In this document: piece by piece, positions 63,391 to 64,000 of the stretch | How the letters are laid out: each line of letters begins with the position of its first letter | Numbering within the stretch: the stretch's first letter is position 1 | NCBI GenBank assembly: GCA_025350245.1 | Contig: JANXYG010000154.1 | Span: 1,593 to 65,592, forward strand | Reading direction: 5' to 3' | Source: Betaproteobacteria bacterium | Lineage (GTDB): Bacteria > Pseudomonadota > Gammaproteobacteria > Burkholderiales > Ga0077523 | Length of the DNA stretch: 64,000 nt | The notes under the pieces: model-generated | What the model saw: only the letters and a program-made list of their open reading frames with translations | Database searches by the model: none | What the model was told of the DNA's origin: nothing | Translations under genes and position numbers: made by a program

Positions 63391-64000
63391 TCAAGCGGTG
63401 GCTTCCCGTACCAGTCGCTCGCTGGTGAAGGCGAGGCGCTGCGCCATGACCCGCAGCAGCGCCAGCGAGAGCTTCAATTGCGACGACGCCGGCAGCCGTT
63501 CGATGGTGCTGCGGGGGAATTCGACCACGATGACGTCGGTGGTGGTCTGGATCGTCGCGCTACGCAAGGCGTCGGGTCCGAGCGCGAAGCCGACGTCGCC
63601 GAAGCCGTCGCCGGGCCGCAGCAGGTCCAGCAATTTACCTTTCAACAGTACCTTGGCCGAACCGCGCGCCAGCACGAACAGGCTGTCGCCGCGGTCACCC
63701 TCGGTCACGATCACGTGCTGGGCCGGCAGGCGGCGCCATTCGCCGTGTCGCGCCGCTTCCCAGAGTTCGCCCTCGCCGAGCGAGCGCAGGAAGGTCGAGC
63801 GCCGTAGCGCGATGAACTTCTCGCTGTCGGCGATCTCATGGTCGTAGACGCTGAGCCGCCCGGCGGTCACCAGCGCCAGCGCGGCTTCGGCCCAGGTGGG
63901 GTAGCGGTTCGCGGGCGATTTCTCCAGCATCCGCAGCACGATGGAGTCGATCTGCCTGGGCAGGTCCGGACGGCGCACGGTGGGGGGTTCGACCGGCAGC
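63391..64000 (-). CDS. Ser/Thr protein kinase with C-terminal cNMP-binding domain (paralog 3), 5' part beyond the window
   Basis: Kinase C-lobe end (RPDLP..ID.IV.RMLEK.P..RY.TW), linker DSEKF..LR, cNMP domain EGD, FGD...RSATI; closely parallels paralogs 1 and 2. Confidence 0.82.
   Translation of the reverse strand, partial: LPVEPPTVRRPDLPRQIDSIVLRMLEKSPANRYPTWAEAALALVTAGRLSVYDHEIADSEKFIALRRSTFLRSLGEGELWEAARHGEWRRLPAQHVIVTEGDRGDSLFVLARGSAKVLLKGKLLDLLRPGDGFGDVGFALGPDALRSATIQTTTDVIVVEFPRSTIERLPASSQLKLSLALLRVMAQRLAFTSERLVREATA

Overview
High-GC chromosomal window from a betaproteobacterium (inferred from gene order such as petABC-sspAB-tRNA-Thr, ilvIH-ilvC-psd-pssA-leuA and slt-NDUFA9-GST-cca). 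No integrase, transposase, prophage, CRISPR array or rRNA is visible. Most of 25-64 kb is housekeeping: bc1 complex, sucCD, a phoU/ppx/sixA/CYTH-CHAD/ppk1 polyphosphate block, argA and branched-chain amino-acid synthesis. The most interesting part is 0.6-16.9 kb. It holds a co-oriented signalling cluster (CHASE2-Ser/Thr kinase, PP2C phosphatase, double-FHA protein, CHASE2-adenylate cyclase, class II cNMP phosphodiesterase, GAF-fused PilB/GspE ATPase, GAF-HD-GYP), followed by a sigma54-type type IV pilin gene, a methyltransferase and a SPINDLY-like GT41 glycosyltransferase. Three dispersed paralogous Ser/Thr kinases with C-terminal cNMP-binding domains also occur in the window. Together these suggest a cNMP plus Ser/Thr-phosphorylation network acting on type IV pili (inference). 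Other notable items are an unannotated sigma54-type sRNA candidate with anti-Shine-Dalgarno motifs divergent from sucC, a 7-copy hairpin repeat family placed in fixed orientation just downstream of transcription units, a partial soxXYZA cluster, a GST pseudogene, a half-size GDT1 protein and a leuA leader peptide. Start codons were chosen by eye and are approximate where noted.
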